Notes: generated from the letters alone by a model not told the origin. A stretch of DNA of 64,000 nt from Elusimicrobiales bacterium (GCA_049972095.1 JBMFKQ010000004.1:1-64000); one strand, 5' to 3'; counted from the stretch's first letter, positions 10,694 through 21,207 are shown. Program-made: numbers and translations.

Positions 10694-11644
10694 ATGGATA
10701 AGGCGATAACAGTAAAACAGCTTGTTGAAGAAAAGGGTAAAGAGCTTAAACTGAGGCTTGTTGTAGGAAAGGGATTTCTTGGGAGAAAGATTGTTGTAAG
10801 TGAGATCAATCGCCCAGGTCTTGCGCTTACCGGATATCTTGAACAATTTAGGTCAGAAAGAATACAGGTAATTGGAAGAGGGGAGTATTATTACTGTATA
10901 TCACGCAGCTATCAAAAAATATTTAAAAACCTTGACAGAATGTTTAAAACAGGGGATGTACCTTGTGTTGTTATAACTGGTGGAATGAAACCTAATTCAG
11001 CAATAGTAGATGCTGCAAAGAAAAATAACATTCCTCTTCTTGTGAGCCTTCTTAATACCGCAGATTTTGTAAGAGAGCTCATAGCATACCTTGATGAAAA
11101 ACTTGCTCCATCAACCATTGTCCATGGGGTTCTTGTTAATGTATATGGGCTTGGTGTTTTGATACAGGGGGATGCCGGCATAGGCAAGTCAGAGTGTGCC
11201 ATAGAGCTTCTTAAAAGAGGTCATATACTTATTAGCGATGATGTTGTTGAGATAAAAAGAAGGGTTGGGCACATACTCATTGGAAGTTCACCAAGGACTA
11301 TTAAGAATTTTATGGAGGTTAGAGGAATAGGGATAGTTGATGTAGAGATGATTTTTGGGGTTGGTGCAATACTTCCAAGCTCTGCGATTGAGCTTGTAGT
11401 TTATCTCCAGTCATCTAAGGGTGTTGATCTAAGCAGTTATGACAGCACAGGGCTTGAAGAACAGACAATTGATATACTTAATGTTAGTGTGCCAATGATA
11501 AAGATACCAGTTACTCCCGGAAGAAACCTTGCTGTTCTTATTGAGGTTGCTTCACTTAACCAGCGGCTTAAAAATACAGGTTATTTTGCAGCAAGAAGAC
11601 TTAATGATATTGTAAAAAAAGAGATAAAAAGAAATTCAAAATGA
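10694..11644 (+). CDS. hprK: HPr kinase/phosphorylase
   Basis: INRPGLALTGY, HGVLVNVYGLGVLIQGDAGIGKSE, MEVRGIGI, PVTPGRN. Confidence 0.97.
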   Translation: MDKAITVKQLVEEKGKELKLRLVVGKGFLGRKIVVSEINRPGLALTGYLEQFRSERIQVIGRGEYYYCISRSYQKIFKNLDRMFKTGDVPCVVITGGMKPNSAIVDAAKKNNIPLLVSLLNTADFVRELIAYLDEKLAPSTIVHGVLVNVYGLGVLIQGDAGIGKSECAIELLKRGHILISDDVVEIKRRVGHILIGSSPRTIKNFMEVRGIGIVDVEMIFGVGAILPSSAIELVVYLQSSKGVDLSSYDSTGLEEQTIDILNVSVPMIKIPVTPGRNLAVLIEVASLNQRLKNTGYFAARRLNDIVKKEIKRNSK

Positions 11645-12489
11645 AAACTGTATTTATAGTTAGCGGCATAAGTGGTTCAGGTAAAAGTCAGGCACTTAAG
11701 TGTTTTGAGGATTTTGGATTTCACTGTATAGATAACATTCCTGTAAAGCTTTTCTCAAGTCTTGAGAAGCTCATAATGAGTGAGGAGTATCTTAATAAGG
11801 TTGCGGTATGTATTGATATAAGGGAGATGAGACATTCAAAAAACTTCATATCTGGAATATCCTGTCTTAATATGAAGGGTGCGGAGTGTAAAATAATATT
11901 TCTTGACTGCCAGGATAATGTTATTATACAGAGGTTTTCTGAAACCAGACATAGACATCCTCTTGGTGAAAATATATCCGTTGCTATAAAGAAGGAAAGA
12001 AAAATGCTTGCTCCTCTTAAAGAGCAGGCTGATAGAATAATAGATACGACCAACCTAACGCTTGGAGAGCTTAAGGAAATAATCTCATCACTTGTTGCTG
12101 TTAAAAGTGTTTATGATTTTAAGATAAATTTTATTTCCTTTGGTTACAAGTATGGTATTCCGATAGATGCGGACATTGTTATGGATGTGAGATTCCTTCC
12201 AAACCCTTACTATGTTAAAAATCTCAAAGATAAAACCGGTCTTGACAGAGAGATCAAAAGGTATCTTGAGAAAAGTAAAGTCTATTGTGAGTTTATTTCA
12301 AGCTGGTCTAACCAACTTAGAAACCTTCTGCCTCTTTACATAAAAGAGGGTAAATCCTTTTTGACAATTGCCGTGGGCTGTACAGGAGGGAAGCATAGGA
12401 GTGTGTGTGTTGTTAATCGTATGACATCGATATTCAAGGATGATGGTTACGATGTAAGTGAGTTTCATAGGGACATAAGAAAGGTATGA
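11641..12489 (+). CDS. rapZ: RNase adapter RapZ / YvcJ P-loop protein
   Basis: GISGSGKS, RFSETRHRHPL, SFGYKYGIP, DVRFLPNP, GCTGGKHRSV. Confidence 0.96.
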   Translation: MKTVFIVSGISGSGKSQALKCFEDFGFHCIDNIPVKLFSSLEKLIMSEEYLNKVAVCIDIREMRHSKNFISGISCLNMKGAECKIIFLDCQDNVIIQRFSETRHRHPLGENISVAIKKERKMLAPLKEQADRIIDTTNLTLGELKEIISSLVAVKSVYDFKINFISFGYKYGIPIDADIVMDVRFLPNPYYVKNLKDKTGLDREIKRYLEKSKVYCEFISSWSNQLRNLLPLYIKEGKSFLTIAVGCTGGKHRSVCVVNRMTSIFKDDGYDVSEFHRDIRKV

Positions 12490-12905
12490 TAGGTATAATC
12501 ATAGTAACACATGGAGATTTCGGCTCATATCTTCTTGAAGCATGTGAGCATATTGTTGGCAGAAAAGATAAGATAAGAAGTGTTTCGATATATCCTAAAA
12601 TGACTATGGATGATATAAGAAAGACAATAAAAAAGGTTACAGATGAGATGAGAAGTGAATGCAGCAGCCTTGTTTATCTTGTTGACATTCCGGGTGGCAC
12701 TCCAATGAATGTTGTTATTCCTTTTGCAAAGGAGATTGAAAAATCTTATGTTGTGTGTGGTCTTAATATGAACATGCTTATAGATGCTATGATTCTTAGA
12801 GAAAGACTTGACCCTGATCATTTTGTTGACAAGATAATAAGTGATGCGAGAAGATCCATATGTGAGGTTAGTGAAATTTTTTCATCACTAAATGATAAAA
12901 AATGA
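12486..12905 (+). CDS. PTS mannose-family EIIA
   Basis: IIVTHG phospho-His, VDIPGGTP, GLNMNML. Confidence 0.9.
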   Translation: MIGIIIVTHGDFGSYLLEACEHIVGRKDKIRSVSIYPKMTMDDIRKTIKKVTDEMRSECSSLVYLVDIPGGTPMNVVIPFAKEIEKSYVVCGLNMNMLIDAMILRERLDPDHFVDKIISDARRSICEVSEIFSSLNDKK

Positions 12906-13363
12906 AGATATACAGGGTTGATGACAGATTGATTCATGGACAGGTGGTAGAAAATTGGCTTGATTTTTTCTCTATAAACTGCATAGTTATTGTTAATGAT
13001 GATATTGTTAGTGATGAACTGAGAAAGAACATAATGAGGTTTGCTGTTCCTCACAGTGTTAATGTTTTTTTTATAAAGACAGATGAACTTGTTTCTTTTC
13101 GCAGTGATGATTCAAAAAACTATCTCTTTCTTTTTGAAAATCTTAGGGATGTTATGAAATGTATCGATATGGGTGCTAAAATAGATAGGCTCAATCTTGG
13201 AGGGATTCATTTTGCACATGGAAGAAACTTTACCCTTGGAAAGGTTGTTTATCTGAGTGGTGAGGAATGTGAGATTTTAAAAAGGCTTATTTCTTTTGGG
13301 GTTGATGTTTATAGGCAAGCCATACCTCAAGAAATTCCTGTTAATGTTTCAAAGGAGATATGA
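12902..13363 (+). CDS. PTS mannose-family EIIB
   Basis: RVDDRLIHGQV, LNLGGIH. Confidence 0.93.
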   Translation: MKIYRVDDRLIHGQVVENWLDFFSINCIVIVNDDIVSDELRKNIMRFAVPHSVNVFFIKTDELVSFRSDDSKNYLFLFENLRDVMKCIDMGAKIDRLNLGGIHFAHGRNFTLGKVVYLSGEECEILKRLISFGVDVYRQAIPQEIPVNVSKEI

Positions 13364-15324
13364 AAAAATTTATTTTTGCTGTTCATAATCATCAGCCTGT
13401 TGGAAATTTTGATCATGTTATAAAGGAGGCATTTGAAAAAAGCTACAAGCCATTTGCTGAACTTATTTTTAGGCTTGAATACCCTAAGGTTTGCTTTCAT
13501 TTTTCAGGAATAGTTTATGAATGGATTGAAAAAAATTTTCCACAATACCTTGATATGATCTCTGCAATGGCAAAAAGAGATCAGATAGAGCTACTCACTG
13601 GTGGTTATTATGAACCAATCCTTTCTGTTATACCTCAAAGAGATGCAGTTGAGCAGGTGAAAAAACTCAATGATTATATATTCAGAAGATTCGGTGTTGT
13701 GCCAAGGGGGATATGGATAGCTGAGAGGGTTTATAGTCCTAACATAATAAATGTCCTTACAAAGTGTGGAATAGAGTATGTGATTGTTGATGATACTCAT
13801 CTTATGACATGTGGTATCAGCGATAGTGATATAAAAGAGATTTTAATAACAGAAAACAACGGTGATGTAGTTAATGTTTTTTCAATAGATCATAATCTCA
13901 GATATCTAATTCCTTACAAACCACCTAATCAGAGTATTGATTATATAGAAAACTCGCAAGGAAGTATATTTGTAATGGCTGATGATGGGGAGAAGTTTGG
14001 ACTGTGGCCTGAAAGTTACAAGCTTGTTTATGAAGATGGATGGCTTTATAATTTTTTTGAAAGCATAAAAAACTCAAAGCTTGAGATGAAAACCTTCTCT
14101 CAGTGTCTTGATGAACATAAAAGTAGAAAAAAACTTGTTTATATGCCTAATACATCGTATTTTGAGATGACACAATGGTCTATTGATCCTGATACATCTA
14201 TTAAACTTGATGAGTTTAAAGAGAAGGTAGGTGCTCAAAATAAGAGATTTGTTAAGGGCGGTATATTTGAAAACTTTTTTACAAAATATCCTGCCTCAAA
14301 CATGATTCACAGAAGGGTTTTTGATCTCAGCACTAAGCTTGAGAAAAATTACAATCTTAAGGCCGCAGATTTTCTATATAAGGCTGAGTGTAACTGTGGA
14401 TGGTGGCATGGTGTCTTTGGGGGAATTTACCTTCCACATATAAGGCATACTATTTATGAAAACCTTCTTAACTGTCAGAGGCTTATATACATTCCATCAT
14501 CCATACCATCAGTTGATATATGTGATTTTGATCTTGATGGTAAAAATGAAATAACTCTTGAGACAAATAATAACTACTTAATATTCTCTCCTTCATATGG
14601 GGGTTCAATTGTTGAGTTTTCAAGCAAAAGAAAAGCTGTTAATTATTCTTCAGTTATGAGCAGGGTTAAAGAATCTTATCATATGAAGGAGATAAGGGAT
14701 ATAAATGGGAGGGTGATAAACAGCATTGATAGAGAGATTTGCTATGACTGGCATGAAAGAAGAATGTTGCTTGATCACTTTGTAACTCCACAAACAAGTC
14801 TTGAAAGTTTTTCAAAGGCATCCTATCCAGAGCAGGGTGATTTCATACCACAGGAATATGAGTATTCTATAAGTGTTTTCAATGGAGGTGCTGAGATAAG
14901 GCTTTATAGAAGAGGAACTGTCTGGTATGATGATTTTCCATTCTCTGTTATGGTTGATAAGTTTGTAAAGGTGTCTAATGAAGATGGTTTTGATGCTGAT
15001 TATAGAATAAGAAACCTTTCAAACAGATCCAATAGATTTGTATTTATATGTGAGCTTGTTTTTGGTTTCTCTTCTAAAAGCGTTGCTGATACAAGAGATG
15101 TTGATGGGATAACTGAGTATATTTTCAATGATGAGGTGAGGGGAATTGTGAAGCTTAATTTCTCAAAGCCAACAAGGCTTTGGATATTTCCGATTATGAC
15201 ATCTTCAAGCTCTGAGGCTGGAATTGAAAAAACATATCAGGGTTCGGTTGTTGGTTGTGTTTTTGATGAGTATATAAATCAAGGTGAGCTAGCTACTTTT
15301 TCTTTTTCCTTGAGGGTTTTATGA
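13360..15324 (+). CDS. GH57 alpha-amylase / 4-alpha-glucanotransferase
   Basis: HNHQPVGN, GGYYEPIL, WIAERV (nucleophile), DDGEKFGLWP (acid/base), WWHGVFGGIYLPH, C-terminal SEAGIEKTYQG. Confidence 0.93.
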   Translation: MKKFIFAVHNHQPVGNFDHVIKEAFEKSYKPFAELIFRLEYPKVCFHFSGIVYEWIEKNFPQYLDMISAMAKRDQIELLTGGYYEPILSVIPQRDAVEQVKKLNDYIFRRFGVVPRGIWIAERVYSPNIINVLTKCGIEYVIVDDTHLMTCGISDSDIKEILITENNGDVVNVFSIDHNLRYLIPYKPPNQSIDYIENSQGSIFVMADDGEKFGLWPESYKLVYEDGWLYNFFESIKNSKLEMKTFSQCLDEHKSRKKLVYMPNTSYFEMTQWSIDPDTSIKLDEFKEKVGAQNKRFVKGGIFENFFTKYPASNMIHRRVFDLSTKLEKNYNLKAADFLYKAECNCGWWHGVFGGIYLPHIRHTIYENLLNCQRLIYIPSSIPSVDICDFDLDGKNEITLETNNNYLIFSPSYGGSIVEFSSKRKAVNYSSVMSRVKESYHMKEIRDINGRVINSIDREICYDWHERRMLLDHFVTPQTSLESFSKASYPEQGDFIPQEYEYSISVFNGGAEIRLYRRGTVWYDDFPFSVMVDKFVKVSNEDGFDADYRIRNLSNRSNRFVFICELVFGFSSKSVADTRDVDGITEYIFNDEVRGIVKLNFSKPTRLWIFPIMTSSSSEAGIEKTYQGSVVGCVFDEYINQGELATFSFSLRVL

Positions 15325-15929
15325 CTCATGGTTTTGTTTATTCTGCTATTGTATCACTTATTAATCTTGATACAACATCTTTTCTTCAGTCATCCATCTC
15401 AAGACCTTCTGCCTCAGGACTTATACTTGGTTTCCTTACAGGACATGCCTTTGAGGGTTTTATTCTTGGTATTATCTTTGAGCTTGTTATACTTGACTTT
15501 CCTCCTATAGGTGGAATGCCTGTGCCAAACGGGTGTATTGCGGTAGGGATTTCGTGCTATTTAGTTAGCATAGCAGATGCCGGATTTTCGTTTTTTGCAG
15601 GTCTTATAGGAGGTATTCTTTATTCTTATGTTGAGATGATTTTGAGAAGTAGAAGGAAAATCTTTAATAGAGCTGTAGAGAAAAGTATTTTATCCTTTAG
15701 ATTTTCTGTTGGGAGATTTGTGTTTTTATCATTGATGATTGAGTTTCTTGTAGCTCTTATTTATGTTTATTCCTTTAGTCTTTGCTTGAAGTGGTTTTTT
15801 TCAAAGCTTTCATTAGATCTTTCATATCGTGTCAAACAATGGCTTGAACTTTCTCTGATATCAACAGTTTTTATTACACTGACATCTATGGTTTTCAAAT
15901 TTTTAACTCAGGTGAGAAAAAATGCTTAG
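15321..15929 (+). CDS. PTS mannose-family EIIC (short)
   Basis: Hydrophobic, LD...QSSISRP and PIGGMPVP motifs; operon context. Confidence 0.8.
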   Translation: MTHGFVYSAIVSLINLDTTSFLQSSISRPSASGLILGFLTGHAFEGFILGIIFELVILDFPPIGGMPVPNGCIAVGISCYLVSIADAGFSFFAGLIGGILYSYVEMILRSRRKIFNRAVEKSILSFRFSVGRFVFLSLMIEFLVALIYVYSFSLCLKWFFSKLSLDLSYRVKQWLELSLISTVFITLTSMVFKFLTQVRKNA

Positions 15930-16713
15930 TAGATTTGATGTTTTTATAACAGTTTTTAGAAGCTTTTTTCTTCAAGCAGTTTTTAATTTTGAGGGATATC
16001 AAAATATTGGTTTTGTTTTTTCGTTGCTATGGATTATTAAGAAACACATATCTGATGTTAGTGAGCTTAGGAAAATTATGATTAGACACCTTGAGATATT
16101 CAATACTCAACCATATATGTCAGGTTTTGTTATAGGTAATGTTGCAAGAATGGAGATTGACAAGAAAGATGAAAAGGATATTATTAAAGTTAAGCAATCG
16201 CTTGCCTCAAGCTTTGCCTCAATAGGCGATAGAATATTCTGGGCAAGAATGAGGTGTATTGAGGCATATACTACAGTTCTTCTTACAGTAATTTTCTATT
16301 ACTTATGCCACAACGATTTTGAAACATGGGGCATGTGGATAGCCGCAAGCCTACCAACTCTCTTTTATTTTGCATATACGCTATATATCAGATATATAGG
16401 GATTATTTATGGCTTTAAGTGCGGTGGGATAAAAAACTGTGGGCTTGATCGTTTTGACTGGAACCAAATGATAAGGAGACTTAGCAGAATATCTTTCTTC
16501 CTCGGTGTTGTGAGTGTTATAGTTATTGTTTTTGTCTATGGATTTTTTCTTTTCAGTAAAAGCATTTCTCATAATGCTGTTTATATCTCTATACCTTTTC
16601 TTTCTTTTGCATCTCAGCGCTTTTTTAGAAAAGATAGAAAAAACATACTTTATCCAATTGGTGTTATGATGATTATCTGTTTTATCTTGTGTTTTTTACG
16701 GATTGAGATATGA
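15922..16713 (+). CDS. PTS mannose-family EIID
   Basis: RSFFLQAVFNFEGYQNIGF, RHLEIFNTQPY, ASIGDRIFW. Confidence 0.9.
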   Translation: MLSRFDVFITVFRSFFLQAVFNFEGYQNIGFVFSLLWIIKKHISDVSELRKIMIRHLEIFNTQPYMSGFVIGNVARMEIDKKDEKDIIKVKQSLASSFASIGDRIFWARMRCIEAYTTVLLTVIFYYLCHNDFETWGMWIAASLPTLFYFAYTLYIRYIGIIYGFKCGGIKNCGLDRFDWNQMIRRLSRISFFLGVVSVIVIVFVYGFFLFSKSISHNAVYISIPFLSFASQRFFRKDRKNILYPIGVMMIICFILCFLRIEI

Positions 16714-16976
16714 TAAGGAAAACTGTGAAGGTGATAAACGAGCAAGGGCTACATGCAAGACCCTGTAGAATGATATCACAGCTAGCTATGAGTTATCAGT
16801 GTGATATAAAGCTTATCAAGGATGGCTATGAGGTTAATGCCAAAAGCATAATGGGGATACTTTCAATGGCAGCCCCCAAGGATTCAATTATAACAATAGT
16901 AGCTGATGGAATCGATGAAAAAAAGGCTGTTGAGGAGATTTCACATCTTTTTGAAACGAAATTTGATGAGGAATAG
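16710..16976 (+). CDS. ptsH: phosphocarrier protein HPr
   Basis: GLHARP (His15) and NAKSIMG (Ser46). Confidence 0.96.
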   Translation: MIRKTVKVINEQGLHARPCRMISQLAMSYQCDIKLIKDGYEVNAKSIMGILSMAAPKDSIITIVADGIDEKKAVEEISHLFETKFDEE

Positions 16977-16979
16977 TCT

Positions 16980-18716
16980 ATGATAGTAAAAAGGGGAATC
17001 GGTATAAATGTGGGTATAGCCATAGGCAAGACATTTGTCCTTGAGGATGATAGCATAGTTATTGAAAAAAAGTTCATACCAAAAGAAAAGATTAAAGATG
17101 AGGTTGCGAGGTATAAAACAGCGCTTGCAAAAACAGAGGAAGAAATTGAGCTTGTAAAAAAACATGTCCTTGATGCTCTTGGAAAGCAGCATGTAAAACT
17201 TATAGATGCCCATACCACAATATTAAAGGATCCCCTCATAACAAAGGATGTTATCTCTCTTATTATCAGTCAGAGAATAAACGCAGAATATGCTCTTTCA
17301 AAAAAGATAGAAGAGATTCTTCAAAAATTTAATAAGATAAGTGATACCTTTTTCCTTGAAAGGAAAAATGAGATACTTGACATATCCAAAAAGATAATTC
17401 AAAACCTTACAGATAGAAAAACAAATGTTATAGCTCAGATAAATGAGCCTATAATACTTATTGCAAACAATCTTTTACCATCAGATCTGATAAACATAAG
17501 TAAGTCACCAAATGTAGTTGCTTTCTGCACAAATCTTGGTTCAAAAACAAGTCATACAGCGCTTTTTGCACAGAATATGGGGATACCTGCTGTGGTTGGG
17601 CTTGGAGACATAACAAGGGTTGTTAGAAGCGGTTGCCTTGTTATAGTTTCAAGCAGTGAAAACAGTGTTATAATAGATCCAACCCCTGAGATTGTTGAAT
17701 CCTATAAGAAAAAAAAGGAACAGCTTGCAAAAAGTGAACTATATCTTTCCAGAATCAAAAAACTTCCAACCATCACACGCGATGGAAAGAAAATTTCTCT
17801 TATGGTCAATCTGAACAGCGATGATGATTTAGATGAATACCGTAGTATTAATTCTGATGGGATTGGGCTTTTTAGGACCGAGTTTCTCTACATAAACAAA
17901 GAGAATATCCCTATAGAGAATGAGCAGCTAAACATTTACAGAAGGATTCTCACATCAACACCTAATCTTCCTATTGTTATAAGAACTGCTGATATTGGAG
18001 CTGACAAGATATCAAATATAGGATTTAAAGATATAAATGAAGCAAATCCTTTTATGGGATTTAGAGGCATAAGACTTTTTCTTAGATATCCTGATCTTCT
18101 TAAAACCCAACTTAGAGCAATATATCGTGCAAGTGTGGATACCTCTGTTCATATAATGATACCAATGGTTACAAATCTCGATGAGATTATTCAGGTTAAG
18201 GCAATAATTGAGGATGTGAAGAAAGAGCTTCTTATAAAAAAAATTCCTTTCAAACCTGACATACCTCTTGGTGTTATGATTGAGATTCCATCTGCTGCGC
18301 TTATAGTTGACTACATGCTTGACTATGTTGATTTTGTTTCTATAGGGACAAATGATCTAATACAGTATCTTCTTGCGGTTGATAGGGTCAATCAGTATGT
18401 AAGCAGCATGTATGACCCATTTCATCCTGCGGTTTTGAGGATAATAAATCTAATAGTTAACGCATCTCATAAGAAAGGCAAAAAAGTTTCGGTCTGTGGT
18501 GAGATGGCAAGTGATCCATTAGGCTGTCTTGCACTTATATCCCTTGGTGTTGATTCCCTTTCAGTTCCTCTAAAGCTTTTTCTCAAGGTTAAACAACATA
18601 TTCGAAACATAAATTATGAGAGGTTAGCAAAACTTTCAATCAAGATACTTAATGAGAGTGATTCATCGAAGATTGCCGGGATCTTAGAAAAAGAGATGGC
18701 TTATGAATTCAAGTAG
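16980..18716 (+). CDS. ptsI: PTS enzyme I
   Basis: TSHTA, GIGLFRTEF, NPFMGFRGIR, SIGTNDLIQY, VCGEMA. Confidence 0.97.
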   Translation: MIVKRGIGINVGIAIGKTFVLEDDSIVIEKKFIPKEKIKDEVARYKTALAKTEEEIELVKKHVLDALGKQHVKLIDAHTTILKDPLITKDVISLIISQRINAEYALSKKIEEILQKFNKISDTFFLERKNEILDISKKIIQNLTDRKTNVIAQINEPIILIANNLLPSDLINISKSPNVVAFCTNLGSKTSHTALFAQNMGIPAVVGLGDITRVVRSGCLVIVSSSENSVIIDPTPEIVESYKKKKEQLAKSELYLSRIKKLPTITRDGKKISLMVNLNSDDDLDEYRSINSDGIGLFRTEFLYINKENIPIENEQLNIYRRILTSTPNLPIVIRTADIGADKISNIGFKDINEANPFMGFRGIRLFLRYPDLLKTQLRAIYRASVDTSVHIMIPMVTNLDEIIQVKAIIEDVKKELLIKKIPFKPDIPLGVMIEIPSAALIVDYMLDYVDFVSIGTNDLIQYLLAVDRVNQYVSSMYDPFHPAVLRIINLIVNASHKKGKKVSVCGEMASDPLGCLALISLGVDSLSVPLKLFLKVKQHIRNINYERLAKLSIKILNESDSSKIAGILEKEMAYEFK

Positions 18717-20532
18717 GATAAGGAATTTTTCAATCATAGCTCATATAGATCACGGTAAATCTACACTTGCAGACAGATTCATAGAGATAACACAGGCTAT
18801 TCCTGACAGAGCAATGAGGGAGCAATTTCTTGATACAATGGAGCTTGAAAGGGAAAGAGGAATAACAATAAAGGCAAAAGCCATAAGAATGAAATACAGC
18901 TCAGTTGATGGTGATGAGTATGTATTCAATCTTATAGACACGCCCGGACATGTTGATTTTTCATACGAGGTTTCAAGGGCTCTTTATGCCTGTGATGGAG
19001 CAATTCTTCTTGTTGATGCAACTCAAGGGGTTGAGGCTCAGACCCTTGCTCATGCACAACTTGCTATCTCCCTCGGTATAAAGGTAATTCCAGCAATAAA
19101 CAAGATAGATCTTGAACATGCTGATATTGAAAAAACTCAAGCTGATATATGGGAGATACTAAAAGATCCTATAGATATCTCTTATGTAAGTGCTAAAACA
19201 GGGAAAGGCGTAAGGGAGTTGATGGAGAGAATTGTGAAGGAGATACCTCCCCCTACTATTAGAGATATACAAAGGCTTAAAGCCCTTGTTTTTGATTCTG
19301 TTTATGACAGCTATAAAGGAGTCATAGTTTATACAAGAGTTTTTGATGGAAGGATTAAAAAAGGTGATATCATATTTTTTTACTCAACTAAAAAAAGCTA
19401 TAAGGTTGAAGAGGTGGGTTATCTTACTCCTGATATGAAAGAATCTCAGAGCATTGAGGCAGGTGAGGTTGGTTATATAGTGGCAGGAATAAAGGATATA
19501 CATGATATAAAGATAGGTGATACAATTTTTCTTAAAGAAATGGTGGCAGAGCCACTTGGTGGTTTTAAGGATATAAAACCTGTTGTTTTTGCAGGGATAT
19601 TTCCTCTTAATAGCTCTGATTTTAATTCACTTAAAAATGCAATAGAAAAACTTCACCTCACTGATTCCTCTTTTACATATCAGGGAGAATCATCAAAAGC
19701 TTTAGGATTTGGTTTTAGATGTGGTTTTATGGGGCTTTTACATCTTGATATAATAAGGCAGAGAATAGAAAGGGAATTCTCTATTCCAGTTATAATTACA
19801 AATCCAAATGTTATCTATAAGGTTAAAAAGAAGAAAAAAACCCACTCAAAAGAATCAGAGATAATTGAGGTAAAAAACCCCACAGATTTCCCTCATTATG
19901 GTGATATTATTGAGGTCTATGAGCCCTATGTAAGTGCAAGGATAATAACACCTCTTGATTATCTTGAAAATGTTATAAATCTGCTGAAGGAAAAAAGGGG
20001 AGTTCATAGAAGTATTGATTACATATCCACGACAAGGGTTATAATTAACTATGATCTTCCTCTTGGAGAGATAATAGTTGATTTTTACGACAGATTAAAG
20101 TCATCTTCCAGAGGGTATGCTTCATTTGATTACGAACATTCAGATTACAGAGTAGGTGATATAGTCAAGGTTGAAATTGTTGTTTGTGGGGAGGTTGTTG
20201 ACGCTCTCTCTTTTATGTCACACAGAACAACAGCACAATCAAGGGGAAGGGAGATGTGTGAGAGACTAAAAAAGATTATTCCAAGGCATCTTTTTGAAAT
20301 AGCTGTTCAAGCAAGGATTGAGGGAAGGGTTGTTGCAAGGGAAAGCATTCGGGCTTTAAGAAAGGATGTTTTGGCAAAATGTTATGGTGGTGATATTACA
20401 AGAAAGAGGAAGCTTCTTGAAAAGCAGAAGGAAGGGAAAAAAAGGATGAAGATGTTTGGAAGTGTTGAGATACCTCAAGATGCTTTTGTAGATATTCTCA
20501 AGATTAGCTCTAACAAAAAAGAAAACAGTTGA
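18703..20532 (+). CDS. lepA: elongation factor 4
   Basis: HIDHGKSTLADR, DTPGHVDF, KCYGGDITRKRKLLEKQKEGKKRMK. Confidence 0.99.
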   Translation: MNSSRIRNFSIIAHIDHGKSTLADRFIEITQAIPDRAMREQFLDTMELERERGITIKAKAIRMKYSSVDGDEYVFNLIDTPGHVDFSYEVSRALYACDGAILLVDATQGVEAQTLAHAQLAISLGIKVIPAINKIDLEHADIEKTQADIWEILKDPIDISYVSAKTGKGVRELMERIVKEIPPPTIRDIQRLKALVFDSVYDSYKGVIVYTRVFDGRIKKGDIIFFYSTKKSYKVEEVGYLTPDMKESQSIEAGEVGYIVAGIKDIHDIKIGDTIFLKEMVAEPLGGFKDIKPVVFAGIFPLNSSDFNSLKNAIEKLHLTDSSFTYQGESSKALGFGFRCGFMGLLHLDIIRQRIEREFSIPVIITNPNVIYKVKKKKKTHSKESEIIEVKNPTDFPHYGDIIEVYEPYVSARIITPLDYLENVINLLKEKRGVHRSIDYISTTRVIINYDLPLGEIIVDFYDRLKSSSRGYASFDYEHSDYRVGDIVKVEIVVCGEVVDALSFMSHRTTAQSRGREMCERLKKIIPRHLFEIAVQARIEGRVVARESIRALRKDVLAKCYGGDITRKRKLLEKQKEGKKRMKMFGSVEIPQDAFVDILKISSNKKENS

Positions 20533-20584
20533 TTTTTTGGATTTTGTATAATTTTATAGTATTTGCTTCAAGAAAAGAACTTGT

Positions 20585-20672
20585 GGAAGGGTGGCTGAGC
20601 GGTTTAAAGCGCCGGTCTTGAAAACCGGTGTGCGGTTCTTCCGCACCGTGGGTTCGAATCCCACCCCTTCCG
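20585..20672 (+). tRNA. tRNA-Ser (anticodon UGA), CCA not encoded
   Basis: Acceptor GGAAGGG/CCCTTCC, discriminator G, anticodon arm CCGGT-CTTGAAA-ACCGG, long variable arm, T-loop TTCGAAT. Confidence 0.97.
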
Positions 20673-20674
20673 TG

Positions 20675-20710
20675 CTTTTCTAAGAAATGCGAAAGCATTT
20701 CGTGGGAAAG
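20675..20710 (+). other. stem-loop immediately 3' of the tRNA
   Basis: GAAATGC-GAAA-GCATTTC, extendable by CTTTTCT/GGGAAAG with G-U pairs; no U tract. Confidence 0.6.
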
Positions 20711-20728
20711 GGATTAATAAAAGATTAT

Positions 20729-20923
20729 ATGAAGGAGAAAAAATATAAAACAATCGAAATTTGTAATGAATGTGGTAGAGATGTAAGTTTAAATAACGGA
20801 CTATTTATAAACAGAGTTATTGACTTTGATGATTATAAAATTAGAAAAGAAATGAATAAACCCTTTCCACGAGGAGATTATATTTGCAGAGTGTATAATT
20901 TCATAAACATACTAGACTTTTAG
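20729..20923 (+). pseudogene. small putative Zn-binding protein, apparently truncated at the C-terminus
   Basis: ICNECG near the start but only GDYICRV at the end (second CxxC incomplete). Confidence 0.45.
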
Positions 20924-20960
20924 GTATAATAGAATTAGTGTATGTATCTGGAGGTTTGCT

Positions 20961-21181
20961 ATGAGGTATTTTAACATTCCACATTATAAGGCTTTGGTAG
21001 AGTTAAAAAGGCGGTTTGAGATGGTGAATGTAGAGGGGATGGATATAGCAGTCATAGATTAGAGGTATCATAAGATTATAAGATAACACCGATGGAATAT
21101 TTAATTAATAAAGAGAAAATAGAAAACAAAGAATTAACACCAGAAAAGTCCAAAATGTATGGAGATCTTACAGCCTCTTGA
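20961..21181 (+). pseudogene. degraded gene remnant
   Basis: GGAGG SD and ATG at 20961, 33 codons to TAG 21062, further short fragments to 21181. Confidence 0.35.
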
Positions 21182-21207
21182 TTATTTAAGCTATTAATTG
21201 GTAAAAT
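21178..21207 (+). promoter_or_regulatory. sigma70-type promoter of the rpsF operon
   Basis: TTGATT, 18 nt spacer, TGnTAAAAT, then 8 nt to the ATG. Confidence 0.6.

Noticed and set aside
20585..20672. tRNA-Sec or UGA suppressor
   Set aside because: The anticodon is TGA (reads UCA, Ser), not TCA; the acceptor stem is 7 bp; the hydrogenase ligands are all Cys
20510..20698. 62-aa minus-strand ORF
   Set aside because: Antisense shadow of the tRNA gene
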